A stretch of 64,000 nucleotides of DNA from an uncultured Actinomycetota bacterium (GCA_963725915.1 CAVSAL010000006.1:50729-114728); one strand, 5' to 3'. Shown: positions 25,072-35,781, counted from the first letter of the stretch. Program-made: numbers and translations. Notes: generated by a model not told the origin, from the sequence alone.

Positions 25072-25545
25072 ATGCGCCGCCGGCTGCCTCCTCGCCGGTC
25101 GCTGATCCTCGCGCTCGCGGCGCTGCTCGCAGCGGCTCCCGTCGCGCTGGCCGCCGCGCGGCCGACACTGCCGGCGCTCGAACCGCAGCTGATGTGCGTG
25201 ACCTGCAAAATCCCGCTGAACGTGGCCGACTCCGCCGAGGCCACCGAGGAGCGGGAACTGATACGGGAACTGATCGCGAAGGGCAGGAACGAAGCTCAGA
25301 TCAAGCGGGAGATGGTGACCCAATACGGGCCCTCGGTGCTCTCGACGCCGAGCACGAAAGGCTTCCAGCTGACTGCCTACCTCGTCCCGCTCGCAGTCGT
25401 GCTCGCCCTGCTTGCCCTCGCGCTGACGCTGCTGCCGCGCTGGCGACGCGCCGCGCGCGCACGCGCGCAGACTCGCGAGCCCGTGCCGAGCCTCACGCCC
25501 GCACAGGCGCAGCGCCTCGAGCAGGACATGAAGCGCTTCGAGTGA
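25072..25545 (+). CDS. ccmH: Cytochrome c biogenesis protein CcmH-like
   Basis: LMCVTC (LRCxxC-type), MVTQYGPSVL, C-terminal TM; follows the ccmG-like gene. Confidence 0.8.
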   Translation: MRRRLPPRRSLILALAALLAAAPVALAAARPTLPALEPQLMCVTCKIPLNVADSAEATEERELIRELIAKGRNEAQIKREMVTQYGPSVLSTPSTKGFQLTAYLVPLAVVLALLALALTLLPRWRRAARARAQTREPVPSLTPAQAQRLEQDMKRFE

Positions 25546-25570
25546 GCGACCCAACGAGATAGGGTCCTGG

Positions 25571-27282
25571 CTACATCTCCTGCGGAGCGGAGACGCCGAG
25601 CAGGTCAAGGCAGCGCGCAAGCACGCTCGCAACGGCGACGCAGAGCCCGATCCGCTGCGATTCCACGGCCTCCGGGCTCACCCCCACGACGCGGCAGTCG
25701 CGATAGAAGGCCGTGAACGTCTGCGCGAGCTGCAGCGCATGGGCGGCGATCCGATGGGGAGCGCGGCGCGCCGCCGCCTCGGCGACTTCGGCCGGGAAGT
25801 CGAGCAGCTGCTTGATCGCGTCGCGCTCGGAAGGATGCAGCGCCGACGTGCCGGCCGCCGTCTGCGCGGAGGACCCGATCTGCTCCAGCGCCCGCGCCAC
25901 GCGCTCCGCGCCCGCCTTGGCGAGCATCGAGGCGATGCGGGCGCGGGCGTACTGGACGTAGTAGACGGAGTTCTCGCTGCTCTGAGCGACGGCGAGATCG
26001 AGGTCGAGGTCGATCGTCGTCTCGTGCGAGCGCGAGAGCAGGTACCAGCGGGCGGCGTCGACGCCGATCTCCTGCACGAGATCGTCGAGCGTGACGAACT
26101 CGCCGGAGCGCTTTGACATCTGCGCGCGCTGCCCTTTGCGCATCAGGTGCACGAGCTGCATGATCAGCATCTCCAGCTCGCCCGGGTCGCCGCCGAGAGC
26201 CTCGTAGGCGGCGCGCATCCGCGGCAGGTAGCCGTGGTGGTCGGCGCCCCACACGTCGATCTGGCGCGTGAAGCCACGCTCGCGCTTGGCCTGGTGGTAG
26301 GCGATGTCGGAGGCGAAGTAGGTGTGCTCCCCGCTCCCGCGCACGAGCACCCTGTCCTTGTCGTCGCCGAAGTCGGTGCTGCGCAGCCACAGCGCGCCCT
26401 CGCTGCGATAGGTGTGGCCGCGGTCTTCGAGCAACTGCAGCGCATGATCGACGGCGCTGACCGGCTCGCCGTCGCGGCCCCGCAGCGAGCCATGCGCCTC
26501 GTGCAGCTCGCTCTCGTACTGCCAGTGGTCGTAGCCGAGCACGTTGAAGCGATGCAGCGAGTCCTCGATCTGGCCCATCATCGCCGCCACTGCGGCCCTG
26601 CCGACGCTTGCCGGCTCCATCGTGGCCGCCCCGGGAACCTTGCCGACCAGCTCCCGGACGTACTCCCCCTGGTAGCCGTCCTGCGGCACCTGCTCCCCGC
26701 GCGCGAGCGCCTGGATCGACTCGCCGAGCTTTCGTACCTGCGAGCCGGCGTCGTTGACGTAGAACTCGCGCTCGACCCGGTGCCCGTGGAAGTCGAGCAG
26801 CCGCGAGAGCGAGTCGCCGTATGCGGCGTTGCGCGCGTGGCCGACGTGCATCGGCCCGGTCGGGTTGGCGCTTACGAACTCGACCAGGATCCGCTGTGCC
26901 TCGGCGCCGCCGGCGCCGAAGCGATCCCCGACGCCGAGCACCTCCGCAAGCGCCTGCCGGTGCCAGTCGTCGTCCAGATATAGGTTCAGAAAGCCCGGTC
27001 CCGCCACCTCGAAGCGCGTCAGGCGCCCCTGCAGGCGTTGCGCCAAGCTCTCTCCGATGCCCTCGGCAAGCTCCCGTGGAGGCTTGCGCGCCGCCGAGGC
27101 GAGCACGAGCGCGGCATTGGTGGAGTAGTCGCCGAGATCGGAGTGGGCGGGCGCTCCAGCGCAAGCGGACGGCCCCGCCCGTCGGGCGCAAGCGCGAGCG
27201 CGACCGCCTGCACGGCATCCGCCAGCGCCGCCAAAGGCGCCTGACCGCGTGGGAGGACCTGATCTCGATCCTCAGCCATCAA
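25571..27282 (-). CDS. argS: Arginine--tRNA ligase (frameshift near 27145, likely sequence error)
   Basis: LERP../GDYSTNAAL N-terminus, AGPGFLN, EFVSANPTGPMHVGH, WGADHHGY, MSKRSG, YYVQYA. Confidence 0.95.
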
Positions 27283-27287
27283 AATCT

Positions 27288-27698
27288 TTAATGGTGGTAG
27301 GGCTCACTTGAAAGAATCTTATGCGCCCGGTAGAGCTGCTCGAGCAAGACCACCCAGGCCAGTTGGTGCGGCAGCGTCATCGGGCCGAACGAGAGCCGGT
27401 GATCGACCCGCGCAAGCGGCGGCGCGCCGAACGCGCCCCCGATCACGAACGCCAGATCGCGCCCCTCCATCCGCCGCTGCTCCAGAAAGCGGCTGAACGC
27501 GACGCTCTCATACGCGCGCCCATCGCTGGCCAGCAGGCAGACGAACGCATCGCCAGGCACCCGTCGCGCGACCGCTTCGGCGTCGCGCTGCGGCAGAAGC
27601 TCCAGCGGCGCATACCGCGAGAGCAGCGTCCGGTAGTGCTCGACGTCGTCGAGATAGGGAGCCCGCAGCCGCCCCTCGCCGACCAGCATCAGACGCAC
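27288..27698 (-). CDS. rlmH: 23S rRNA pseudouridine1915 N3-methyltransferase
   Basis: FVIGGAFG, LSFGPMTLPHQL, LEQLYRA, EPYHH (SPOUT RlmH signature); GTG 27698. Confidence 0.9.
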   Translation of the reverse strand: MRLMLVGEGRLRAPYLDDVEHYRTLLSRYAPLELLPQRDAEAVARRVPGDAFVCLLASDGRAYESVAFSRFLEQRRMEGRDLAFVIGGAFGAPPLARVDHRLSFGPMTLPHQLAWVVLLEQLYRAHKILSSEPYHH

Positions 27699-27737
27699 CT
27701 GGCGGCTCCTGCCTGCACGCCTTGCGATACTAGCCCT

Positions 27738-28061
27738 GTGAACGAGCAAGACCCGGGCGCGGAGCGCCACATAAACATCCACCTGTCCCCCGAGGCGATG
27801 GGGGGCGTGTACGCGAACTTTGCCAATGTCAGCCACTCCGACTACGAGTTCACGGTCACCTTCGCCCGCGTCGACCATGAGGTCGAAGCCGACGAGGTCC
27901 CCGGGGTCGTCGTCTCCCGCGTCAACCTCTCGCCGAGGTTCATGCGCGAGCTGATAACCGCGATGGAGGACAACTACTCCAAGTGGCGCACCCGCGAGGG
28001 GATCAAGAACCTGCCCGAGTACGGTGGGCAGGAGACCGGAGAGGCAGACGGCGAGCAGTAG
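27738..28061 (+). CDS. DUF3467-like small protein
   Basis: GVYANFANVSHSDYEFTVTFAR...VVSRVNLSP pattern. Confidence 0.75.
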   Translation: MNEQDPGAERHINIHLSPEAMGGVYANFANVSHSDYEFTVTFARVDHEVEADEVPGVVVSRVNLSPRFMRELITAMEDNYSKWRTREGIKNLPEYGGQETGEADGEQ

Positions 28062-28109
28062 GTTGGCGGGACCTGCGCCCGCCGGCGCGAGGCGGCGCCC
28101 ACCAGCACG

Positions 28110-28841
28110 ATGAAGGTCGCGATCACGTCGGACATCCACGCCAACCGCCACGCCTTCGAAGCGGTGCTGGAGGCGATCGCCGCCTCTGAGGCGCAGGAGA
28201 TGTGGTGCCTCGGCGATCTCGTCGGCTACGGCGCCGACCCGGATGCGTGCGTGGAGCTCGCGCGCGCGCACTGCGCCGTGTGCTTGGCCGGCAACCACGA
28301 CCTCGCAGTGACAGGCGCGCTGCCGCTGGATGAGTTCTCCCGCGGCGCGAGCATCGCCGCGCAGTGGACGCGCGAGGTGATGGAGCAGCAGAACATCGAG
28401 TTCCTGGGAGGCCTCTCCACCTCCTGCCAGGATGAGCCCGTCGGCCTCTATCACGCAAGCCCGCGCGATCCGGTCTGGGAGTACGTGCTCTCGAGTCTTC
28501 TGGCCGAGCTCTGCCTCGACGTCCAGCAGCAGCGGGTCTGCCTGATCGGGCACTCCCATGTCGCGCTCTCCTTCTGCCGGATCGGGGGCGAGTTTGCCCA
28601 AGGCGAACCGCGCCGTGCCGGCACGCAACTTGACATCGCCGCCGGCGAGTGGCTGCTGAACCCGGGCAGCGTCGGCCAGCCGCGCGACGGCGACGCCCGC
28701 GCGGCCTGGCTGCTGCTCGATCTGGAGCAGTGGCAGGCAAGCTTCATGCGCACCGAGTACGACGTCGCCGGTGCCGCCGCGGCGATCCGTGCGGCGCGCC
28801 TGCCAGACTCTCTGGCTGAGCGGTTGGGGTACGGTCAATGA
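28110..28841 (+). CDS. Calcineurin-like metallophosphoesterase (YfcE/MJ0912-like)
   Basis: SDIHAN, LGDLVGYG, GNHD, GHSH, NPGSVGQPRD. Confidence 0.9.
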   Translation: MKVAITSDIHANRHAFEAVLEAIAASEAQEMWCLGDLVGYGADPDACVELARAHCAVCLAGNHDLAVTGALPLDEFSRGASIAAQWTREVMEQQNIEFLGGLSTSCQDEPVGLYHASPRDPVWEYVLSSLLAELCLDVQQQRVCLIGHSHVALSFCRIGGEFAQGEPRRAGTQLDIAAGEWLLNPGSVGQPRDGDARAAWLLLDLEQWQASFMRTEYDVAGAAAAIRAARLPDSLAERLGYGQ

Positions 28842-29386
28842 GGATGAAAGCCGACAAGAAGCTCTCGCTTGCCGCGGTCCTGGCCGCCGGCGCCGTGCTG
28901 CTGGCCGCGTGCGGCGGCTCCGGAGGACTGATCCCGGAAGGCAAGGCCGGCCCGCTGCGCTCCGACTTCGAAACGGTCGCCAACGCGGCCACAAACGGCC
29001 ACGGCAACTGCTCGGCCACGCGCGCGGCGCTCGCGAAAACCATGAGCGACTTTGAAAGCCTGCCCTCCAGCCTGCAGGCCAAACTGCGCGAAGCGCTCTC
29101 CAAAGGCATCTCCCATCTCGAAGGCCAGGCGCTGACGCTCTGCCAACAGCCCGGGACCGGCGGCGCGACCACCACCGCGACCGCGAAAACGACGAGCAAA
29201 GCCACCTCGGCGACCACCACCACGACGACCACGACGACGTCTTCCGAAGAAGAACCGATAACGACCAGCAGCACGAGCACCTCCTCGACTCCGCCTCCCG
29301 CGGTCGGCGGCGCCGAAGCGCCGAGCGGCGGCGCGGGCGAATCGAATCCGGGCGGCAACGCCGCGGAAGGCGAAGCCGGCAAATGA
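28838..29386 (+). CDS. Thr-rich hypothetical lipoprotein
   Basis: LAACGG lipobox, poly-Thr linker; overlaps both neighbours. Confidence 0.65.
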   Translation: MRMKADKKLSLAAVLAAGAVLLAACGGSGGLIPEGKAGPLRSDFETVANAATNGHGNCSATRAALAKTMSDFESLPSSLQAKLREALSKGISHLEGQALTLCQQPGTGGATTTATAKTTSKATSATTTTTTTTTSSEEEPITTSSTSTSSTPPPAVGGAEAPSGGAGESNPGGNAAEGEAGK

Positions 29387-30579
29387 GCGCGGCGGAGACG
29401 ATCGCCGGGCGCTACCGGCTGGAGGGGCGCCTCGGCTTCGGCGGCATGTCCACGGTGCATCTCGCCCACGACACGCGCCTGGAGCGCAAGGTCGCGGTGA
29501 AGCTGCTCGCCGAGCACCTGGCCGAGGACCCGACGTTCGTCTCACGCTTCCAGCGCGAGGCTCAGGCGGCGGCCCGGCTCGTGCACCCCAACATCGTCCA
29601 GATCTTCGACTCCGGCCAGGATGAGGCCAGCGGCCAGTACTTCATCGTGATGGAGTACATCGAGGGTCGCTCCTGCGCGGAGATCCTGCGCGACGAGGGC
29701 TGGGTGGAGGTGTCGGAGGCGGCCTCGATCATCGAGCAGGCCTGCGAAGGGCTCCATTACGCGCACCGCAACGGCGTCGTGCACCGCGACGTAAAGCCCG
29801 GCAACCTCCTGCGCTCGCACGACGGCGAGGTCAAGCTCGCCGACTTCGGTATCGCCAAGGCAACCGAGCAGTCGAGCATCACGCAGGTCGGCTCGGTGCT
29901 CGGCACCGCGGCCTACCTGGCGCCCGAGCAGGCCCGCGGCGAGGAGGCCGGGCCGCGCGCCGACCTCTACGCGCTCGGCGTCGTGGCCTACCAGATGATC
30001 TCGGGCCGCCTACCCTACGAGGCGGCATCGTTGACCGAGCTCGCGCTCAAGCAGCAGCAGGAGGAGCCCGAGCCGCTCGACGCGCTGGTGGCGGCGGTCA
30101 ACCCCGAGTTGGCCGAGGCCGTCGCGATCGCGCTCGCGCTCGACCCCCGCGACCGTTACGAGACCGCCCGCGAGATGGGGCAAGCCGTGGAGGCCGCCAC
30201 CCGCGGGATCGCCCCGCACGGCGCGCGAAGCCGCGGGGAGGCGACCAAGGCCACCAGCCTGCTCGCCGCCTCGGCGGCAACCGGCCGGATGCGGCCCGCC
30301 ACGGCGACCGCGGTCAACCCGCGCCGGCCGCGCCAGGGGCCCGCGCGGACGCCGGGGCCCGCCGCGCAGGCGGGAGGCGGGCAAGCGGAGCCCTCACACG
30401 CCAGGCGACGGCTGGCAGCAGGGCTGATCGGAGCCGCGGTGCTGATCGCAGTGGTGATCGCGATCGTGCTTGCCGGCAGCTCCTCGCCCGGCGCCTATCA
30501 TCCGCGCAACGTGATCCAGCACAGCGCGAAGGAAACCTCCGAAGCGCTCACCGAACTGGTGAACGAAAATACGCAGTAG
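29383..30579 (+). CDS. Hanks-type Ser/Thr protein kinase with C-terminal TM
   Basis: GFGGMS, VAVK, HRDVKPGN, DFG, YLAPE, DLYALG. Confidence 0.93.
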   Translation: MSAAETIAGRYRLEGRLGFGGMSTVHLAHDTRLERKVAVKLLAEHLAEDPTFVSRFQREAQAAARLVHPNIVQIFDSGQDEASGQYFIVMEYIEGRSCAEILRDEGWVEVSEAASIIEQACEGLHYAHRNGVVHRDVKPGNLLRSHDGEVKLADFGIAKATEQSSITQVGSVLGTAAYLAPEQARGEEAGPRADLYALGVVAYQMISGRLPYEAASLTELALKQQQEEPEPLDALVAAVNPELAEAVAIALALDPRDRYETAREMGQAVEAATRGIAPHGARSRGEATKATSLLAASAATGRMRPATATAVNPRRPRQGPARTPGPAAQAGGGQAEPSHARRRLAAGLIGAAVLIAVVIAIVLAGSSSPGAYHPRNVIQHSAKETSEALTELVNENTQ

Positions 30580-31783
30580 GCGCGGCGCCGGCGCGCAGCG
30601 TCGCAGCGCTCTGCGCCAGCGTGCCCTCTGCGATCGCCTCGCGCAGGCGGGCCATCAGGCTCGCGATGAAGGCCAGGTTGTGCGCGGTCAGCAGCCGCAT
30701 CCCCGTGATCTCGCCCGCCCGCATCAGGTAGCAGAGGTAGGCGCGCGAGAGACCGAGCGAGCAGGCGGGGCAGTGGCAGCCCTCCATCAGCGGCCCGTGG
30801 TCCTCGAGCAGGTGGCGCTTCTTGACGTCGAGCCGCCAGCGGTTGGCGGGATCCGGCACCAGCGCGGTGCCGTGCCGGCCAAGTCGCGTGGGCATCGCGC
30901 AGTCGAAGGTGTCGATGCCGAGTTGCACGCCCGCGATCAGGTCATCGACCTCACCGATGCCGAGCAGGTGCCGCGGCAGATCCTCGTGCGGGCCGCCGAG
31001 CTCTGCCACCGCGTAGGAGACCACCTCGTACATCTGCTGCTTCTCGGCGCCCAGCGAGCCGCCGATCGCCACGCCGTCGCAGCCGCTGGCGGCGACGGTC
31101 GCGCTCGATTCCCTGCGCATGTCCTCGTAGATCCCGCCCTGGACGATCCCGTAGACGAGCTGGCCCGCCGGCCCATGCTCACGCTGCCAGTCCAGGCAGC
31201 GCGTCAGCCACCGGTGCGTGCGCTCTGTCGAGCGGGCGGTGTAGTCGCGATCGACGTGGAAGGGCGTGCACTCGTCGAAGACCAGCGCTATGTCCGAGCG
31301 CAATGCCGCCTGCACGGCCATCGAGCCCTCGGGGGTCAGGAAGCGCTCGCGGCCGTCAACGTAGGAGCGAAAGCGCACCCCCTCCTCCTCAATCGCAAGG
31401 ATCGCGCCTTCTCGCCGCCGCGGCCCCTCGTGATCGCGCGAGGTCCGCGACTTGATCTCATCGGCAACGGCGCCATGTCCCATCGAGAAGACCTGAAAGC
31501 CGCCGGAGTCGGTGATGATCGGCCCCTCCCAGCCCATGAAGCGGTGCAGGCCGCCGAAGCTCTCGATCACCTCCGGGCCGGGGTTGAGCATCAGATGGAA
31601 GGTGTTGCCGAGCACCATCTCGTAGCCGAGCGCCGCGACCTCGGCGGGCAGCAACCCCTTCACGGTCGCCTTGCTTGCCAGCGGCACGAACGCGGGCGTG
31701 GCGATCTCGCCATGGAGCGTGCTCAGGCGCCCAAGGCGGGCCGCGGAGGCGGTGTCGCGCGTCTGGATCGTGAAGGCAGCCAC
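30548..31783 (-). CDS. tgt: tRNA-guanine(34) transglycosylase
   Basis: TDSGGFQVFS, GIVQGG, PRHLLG, DTFDC, CHCPAC, HN. Confidence 0.95.
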   Translation of the reverse strand: MAAFTIQTRDTASAARLGRLSTLHGEIATPAFVPLASKATVKGLLPAEVAALGYEMVLGNTFHLMLNPGPEVIESFGGLHRFMGWEGPIITDSGGFQVFSMGHGAVADEIKSRTSRDHEGPRRREGAILAIEEEGVRFRSYVDGRERFLTPEGSMAVQAALRSDIALVFDECTPFHVDRDYTARSTERTHRWLTRCLDWQREHGPAGQLVYGIVQGGIYEDMRRESSATVAASGCDGVAIGGSLGAEKQQMYEVVSYAVAELGGPHEDLPRHLLGIGEVDDLIAGVQLGIDTFDCAMPTRLGRHGTALVPDPANRWRLDVKKRHLLEDHGPLMEGCHCPACSLGLSRAYLCYLMRAGEITGMRLLTAHNLAFIASLMARLREAIAEGTLAQSAATLRAGAAPTAYFRSPVR

Positions 31784-31803
31784 GGATGCGCCATCCTAGG
31801 GGG

Positions 31804-32484
31804 ATGTCGGTGCTCGCAGCGATCATCAACGTCGACTCCCTGATCGAAGCGGCCGGCTACCCCCTGATCTTCCTGCTGGTGATGGCCGAGTCGGGGGGCG
31901 TGCCGGTGCCCGGGGAGACCGCCCTGATCGCGGGCGCGGTCTTCGCCAGCCAGGGAAAGCTCTCGCTGCCGGCGGTGATCGCGGTGGCCGCCGCGGCCGC
32001 GATCGTCGGCGACAACATCGGCTACCTGATCGGCCGGCGCGGCGGCCGCTGGCTGCTGCAGCGCCCCGGCCCGTTTCACCGCCACCGGCTGCAGGTGCTG
32101 GCGACGGGCGAGCCGTTCTTCGAGCGCCACGGCCCCAAGGCGGTGTTCTTCGGCCGCTTCATCCTCGGGCTGCGCACGTGGGCGTCATGGCTTGCGGGCG
32201 CGACGAAGATGCGCTGGCGCACCTTCGCGCTCTGGAACGCGCTCGGCGGCACCATCTGGGCCTGCCTGATCGGCGTGGTGGCCTACTACATCGGGCGCTC
32301 AGCCGAAAGCGCGGTCAGCGCGTTTGGCATCTACGGCCTGGTGGCCGTCGCGATCGCAGTGCTCGGCGCGTTCATCGCCCATCGGCGCCACCGCGCGCAT
32401 CACCGCGATGACCCTCAGCAGGAGGGGCCGCCGCAGCAGGGAGCAATGCGCTCCCAGAGCTCGGCCAGCGAGCTCAGCTCCTGA
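31804..32484 (+). CDS. DedA family membrane protein
   Basis: AESGGVPVPGET, GDNIGYLIGR, VFFGRF. Confidence 0.9.
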   Translation: MSVLAAIINVDSLIEAAGYPLIFLLVMAESGGVPVPGETALIAGAVFASQGKLSLPAVIAVAAAAAIVGDNIGYLIGRRGGRWLLQRPGPFHRHRLQVLATGEPFFERHGPKAVFFGRFILGLRTWASWLAGATKMRWRTFALWNALGGTIWACLIGVVAYYIGRSAESAVSAFGIYGLVAVAIAVLGAFIAHRRHRAHHRDDPQQEGPPQQGAMRSQSSASELSS

Positions 32485-32993
32485 GCAGAAAAGCGCGAGA
32501 GAAAGTGCTCCCGCACGACCGAGCGATGCGTGCTGCGCGCTTCGCAGAGGCGCTCCCTGCCGGAGGCGGTCAGGCAGGCGTAGGCGCCGCGGGCGTCGTG
32601 TTCGCAGGAGCAGCGCTCGAGCATGCCGTCGCGCTCCAGCCTGTCGACCAGCCGCGTGAGCCCGCTGCGTGACATCTGCGCCTGCTCGGCCAGATCGCAC
32701 ATCCGCATCCGGCCCCGTTCTGCGCCCGCGAGGAAGTGCAACACCTCGTAGGAGGTCATCGGCAGGCCGTGCTGCTCCTCCAGCTCTGCGTCCAGCAGCT
32801 TGGCCAGCGAGGCGTGCGCGCGCAGCAGGCCGCGCCATGCGCGCAGCTCCTGATCGCTGAGGTCTTCCGCGGCCGCCGGAAAGGCGCCCGAGGAGATGAA
32901 GGCCGGCGCATCCGAGACGGTGGAGAGCCGTTCTCCGGACTGTGCCGGATCGGCTTCCAAGTGGGAGATATTGACTGCTGCCGCGGTGGCCAT
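32415..32993 (-). CDS. MarR family transcriptional regulator
   Basis: AWRGLLR, YEVL, SRSGLTRLVDRLE, DARG. Confidence 0.88.
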   Translation of the reverse strand: MATAAAVNISHLEADPAQSGERLSTVSDAPAFISSGAFPAAAEDLSDQELRAWRGLLRAHASLAKLLDAELEEQHGLPMTSYEVLHFLAGAERGRMRMCDLAEQAQMSRSGLTRLVDRLERDGMLERCSCEHDARGAYACLTASGRERLCEARSTHRSVVREHFLSRFSAQELSSLAELWERIAPCCGGPSC

Positions 32994-33014
32994 TGGTCTG
33001 TCAATGCGTTGTTT

Positions 33015-33419
33015 CTACTGCTGTGCTTCACGACCGAACATAGCAGCGTCCGAGCGCGTAGCACGCAAAGCCCAACGCACCATAAGCCCCTGCAGCGGCA
33101 GCCGCAGGTACAGCGCCCAGCGCGGTATCGGGGCGAAGCGCTCGCTTCGCAGCGCCATGTATAGGTTGGCCGGGAAGACGGCCAGGAGCAGGCCGACCAG
33201 CCACAGACCCGCCAGCCGGCGGGTGCGGGCAGGCAGCGTGCCGAGCCCTCCAACGATCTCCGCCACGCCGCTGATGGCGACCATGGTGGCGGGGTCGCCG
33301 AACCCCGGCGGCACGATCTTGCGATACGGGCCCGGCATCACGAAGTGGTTGATGCCGGCCAGCGTGAACGCCGCCGCCAGCAGCCGCGGGGGCCGGCCGC
33401 CGCCATCTGCCTGCTTCAC
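33015..33419 (-). CDS. DoxX-like membrane protein
   Basis: AGINHF, SGVAEI, AVFPAN, RLPLQ; GTG 33419. Confidence 0.78.
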   Translation of the reverse strand: MKQADGGGRPPRLLAAAFTLAGINHFVMPGPYRKIVPPGFGDPATMVAISGVAEIVGGLGTLPARTRRLAGLWLVGLLLAVFPANLYMALRSERFAPIPRWALYLRLPLQGLMVRWALRATRSDAAMFGREAQQ

Positions 33420-34996
33420 GAGCCGCCCTCCAGCAGAGAGCGGCCGGTCATGCCCGCCGGCTGGGCGATGCCGAGCAGCGCGAGCACCGTCGGCGCGACG
33501 TCGGCAAGCACCCCCTGCCGCTCGGCCACGGCCACGCCGCCGGCGGTGACGATCACCGGAACGGGGTTCAGCGAGTGCGCGGTGTTGGGGCTGCCATCGG
33601 GCTCGAGCATGTGGTCTGAGTTGCCGTGGTCGGCAGTGACGATGCAGGCGCCGCCGCTCCCGTGGACGGCCCTGACCACCTCTCCCAGACAGCGATCGAC
33701 GGTTTCCACCGCGACGACCGCCGCCGGGATCACGCCGGTGTGTCCGACCATGTCCGCGTTGGCGAAGTTGATGATCCCAAACTCGGGCAGCTCCTGGCTC
33801 CACGCCGCCACGAACGCCTGCGCCGCCTCGGCCGCGCTCATCTGCGGCTTGTGGTCATAGGTGGGCACATCGCGCGGCGAGGGCACGAGCTCGCGCCGCT
33901 CGCCCGGCAGCGGGCTCTCCTGCCCGCCGTTGAAGAAGTAGGTCACGTGCGGGTACTTCTCGGTCTCGGCGACGTGCAGCTGGGCTGCGCCGGCGCCGGC
34001 GATCGCCGCCGAGAGCGTGATCTGCGGCCGCGCGGGTGCGAAGGCGACGGGATAGGGCCAGCCCTCCTCGTACTCGGTGAGCGTGACCAGACGCCGCACC
34101 GGCGCCGCGCCGCCGCGGCCCTGCCAGCCCGGCAGCTGCTCGCCCTCGCCGAACCTCGGCTCGGCCAGCGCCCGCACGATCTCGCGCATCCTGTCAGGCC
34201 TGAAGTTGAAGCAGATCACGCCGTCCTGCGGCCGGATCCTCGCCTCCTCCCCGACCAGGGTGGGCTCGATGAACTCGTCGGTCTCGCCGCGTTCGTAGGC
34301 GGCCGCGACGGCCTGCGCGCCGGTGGCTGCGCTGTGCGGGGCGCGGCCGCGCACGAGCATGTCGTAGGCGCGCTGCACGCGATCGAAGCGCCGGTCCCGG
34401 TCCATCGCGAAGTAGCGCCCTACGACCGAGCCCACGCGCGCGGCGGCGAGGCCGTCCAGCTGTGCCAGGAAGCCCTCGCCGGAGTGCGGCAGCGTGTCGC
34501 GGCCGTCGGTGAAGGCGTGCACGACGATGTCGAGTCCCGGCGCCCTGGCCGAGATCCCCTCGATCAGCGCGAGCAGATGCGGCAGCGAGGAGTGCACGCC
34601 GCCGTCGGAGACCAGCCCCAGCAGGTGCACCCGCCGCACGCCGTCGAGCGCCGTGGCCAGCGCCGGATTGGCGGCAAGGCTGCCATCGGCCACCGCCTCG
34701 TCGATGCGGACCAGGTCCTGCTTCACGACCGCGCCGGCGCCGAGGTTGAGGTGTCCGACCTCGGAGTTGCCCATCTGACCTTCCGGCAGCCCGACCGCGG
34801 CGCCGCAGGCGCGCAGCGTGGTATGTGGGCAGCGCGCCCACAGCTCGTCGAAGACGGGCGTCTTGGCCAGCGAGATCGCGTTTCCGGGACCGGGCTCGGC
34901 CAGGCCCCAGCCGTCGAGCACGACCAGGCAGACCCTCGGCAGCGGCGTTCGGAGCGGCGCGTCCGCAAGCAGGGAGTCGCTGTCGGGCGCGCTCAT
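33416..34996 (-). CDS. gpmI: 2,3-bisphosphoglycerate-independent phosphoglycerate mutase
   Basis: LDGWG, GQMGNSEVGH, AETEKYPHVT, DMVGHTG, TADHGN. Confidence 0.96.
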   Translation of the reverse strand: MSAPDSDSLLADAPLRTPLPRVCLVVLDGWGLAEPGPGNAISLAKTPVFDELWARCPHTTLRACGAAVGLPEGQMGNSEVGHLNLGAGAVVKQDLVRIDEAVADGSLAANPALATALDGVRRVHLLGLVSDGGVHSSLPHLLALIEGISARAPGLDIVVHAFTDGRDTLPHSGEGFLAQLDGLAAARVGSVVGRYFAMDRDRRFDRVQRAYDMLVRGRAPHSAATGAQAVAAAYERGETDEFIEPTLVGEEARIRPQDGVICFNFRPDRMREIVRALAEPRFGEGEQLPGWQGRGGAAPVRRLVTLTEYEEGWPYPVAFAPARPQITLSAAIAGAGAAQLHVAETEKYPHVTYFFNGGQESPLPGERRELVPSPRDVPTYDHKPQMSAAEAAQAFVAAWSQELPEFGIINFANADMVGHTGVIPAAVVAVETVDRCLGEVVRAVHGSGGACIVTADHGNSDHMLEPDGSPNTAHSLNPVPVIVTAGGVAVAERQGVLADVAPTVLALLGIAQPAGMTGRSLLEGGS

Positions 34997-35781
34997 GCCG
35001 GCGCCTGCTCCGCGGCTGCGACTATCGCGGCAAAGGACTCGGGCTGGAGCGACGCGCCCCCGACCAGCGCACCGTCGACATCCGGCAGCGCCAGCAGCTG
35101 CCCCGCATTCTCGGGCTTGACCGAGCCGCCGTAGAGGATCCGCATGCGCGCAGCTATCTCCGGATCGCCCCCCGGCGCCACGGAGCGGTCGCTCAGCAGC
35201 GCCCGGATGAACGCGATCGCCTCCTGCGCCTGCTCAGGCGTGGCCACCCGACCGGTTCCGATCGCCCAGATCGGCTCATAGGCGATCACGACCCGCTCCA
35301 GATCATCGGCGGCCACCGCGGCAAGATCGGCTCCGACCTGATGGCGCAGCTTGCGCTCTGTCTCATCGCCGTCGCGCTCGGCCTCGGTCTCCCCCACGCA
35401 CAGGATCGGCGTCATCCCGGCTCGCAGCGCCGCCGGGACCTTCAGCGCGAGCGCCCTGTCGGTCTCACCGAAGAGCGTCCTGCGCTCGGAGTGGCCGAGC
35501 ACCACGCCGTGAGTGCCGATCTCGCTGAGCATCTCCGCCGAGATCTCGCCGGTGAACGCGCCCTCCGGCTCCTCGTGCATGTTCTGGGCGTATACCTCCA
35601 CGCGCGAGCCGCGCGCGCTGTCGACCATCGCCTTCAGGTCGGTAAAGGGGACGCAAATCCCCACGTCGGCGCGCTCCACCGAGGAGAGACGCGGCAGCAG
35701 GCCCTGGATGTAGGACTCCGCCTGCGTCTCGGTCTTGTACATCTTCCAGTTGCCCGCCACCAGCGGCGTTCGCGCCGCCAT
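34993..35781 (-). CDS. tpiA: Triose-phosphate isomerase
   Basis: AGNWKM, GHSERR, AYEPIWAIGTG, YGGSV, LVGGASL. Confidence 0.97.
   Translation of the reverse strand: MAARTPLVAGNWKMYKTETQAESYIQGLLPRLSSVERADVGICVPFTDLKAMVDSARGSRVEVYAQNMHEEPEGAFTGEISAEMLSEIGTHGVVLGHSERRTLFGETDRALALKVPAALRAGMTPILCVGETEAERDGDETERKLRHQVGADLAAVAADDLERVVIAYEPIWAIGTGRVATPEQAQEAIAFIRALLSDRSVAPGGDPEIAARMRILYGGSVKPENAGQLLALPDVDGALVGGASLQPESFAAIVAAAEQAPA

Noticed and set aside
29165-29290. ACC/ACG trinucleotide-like repeats
   Set aside because: Encode an ordinary poly-Thr lipoprotein linker.
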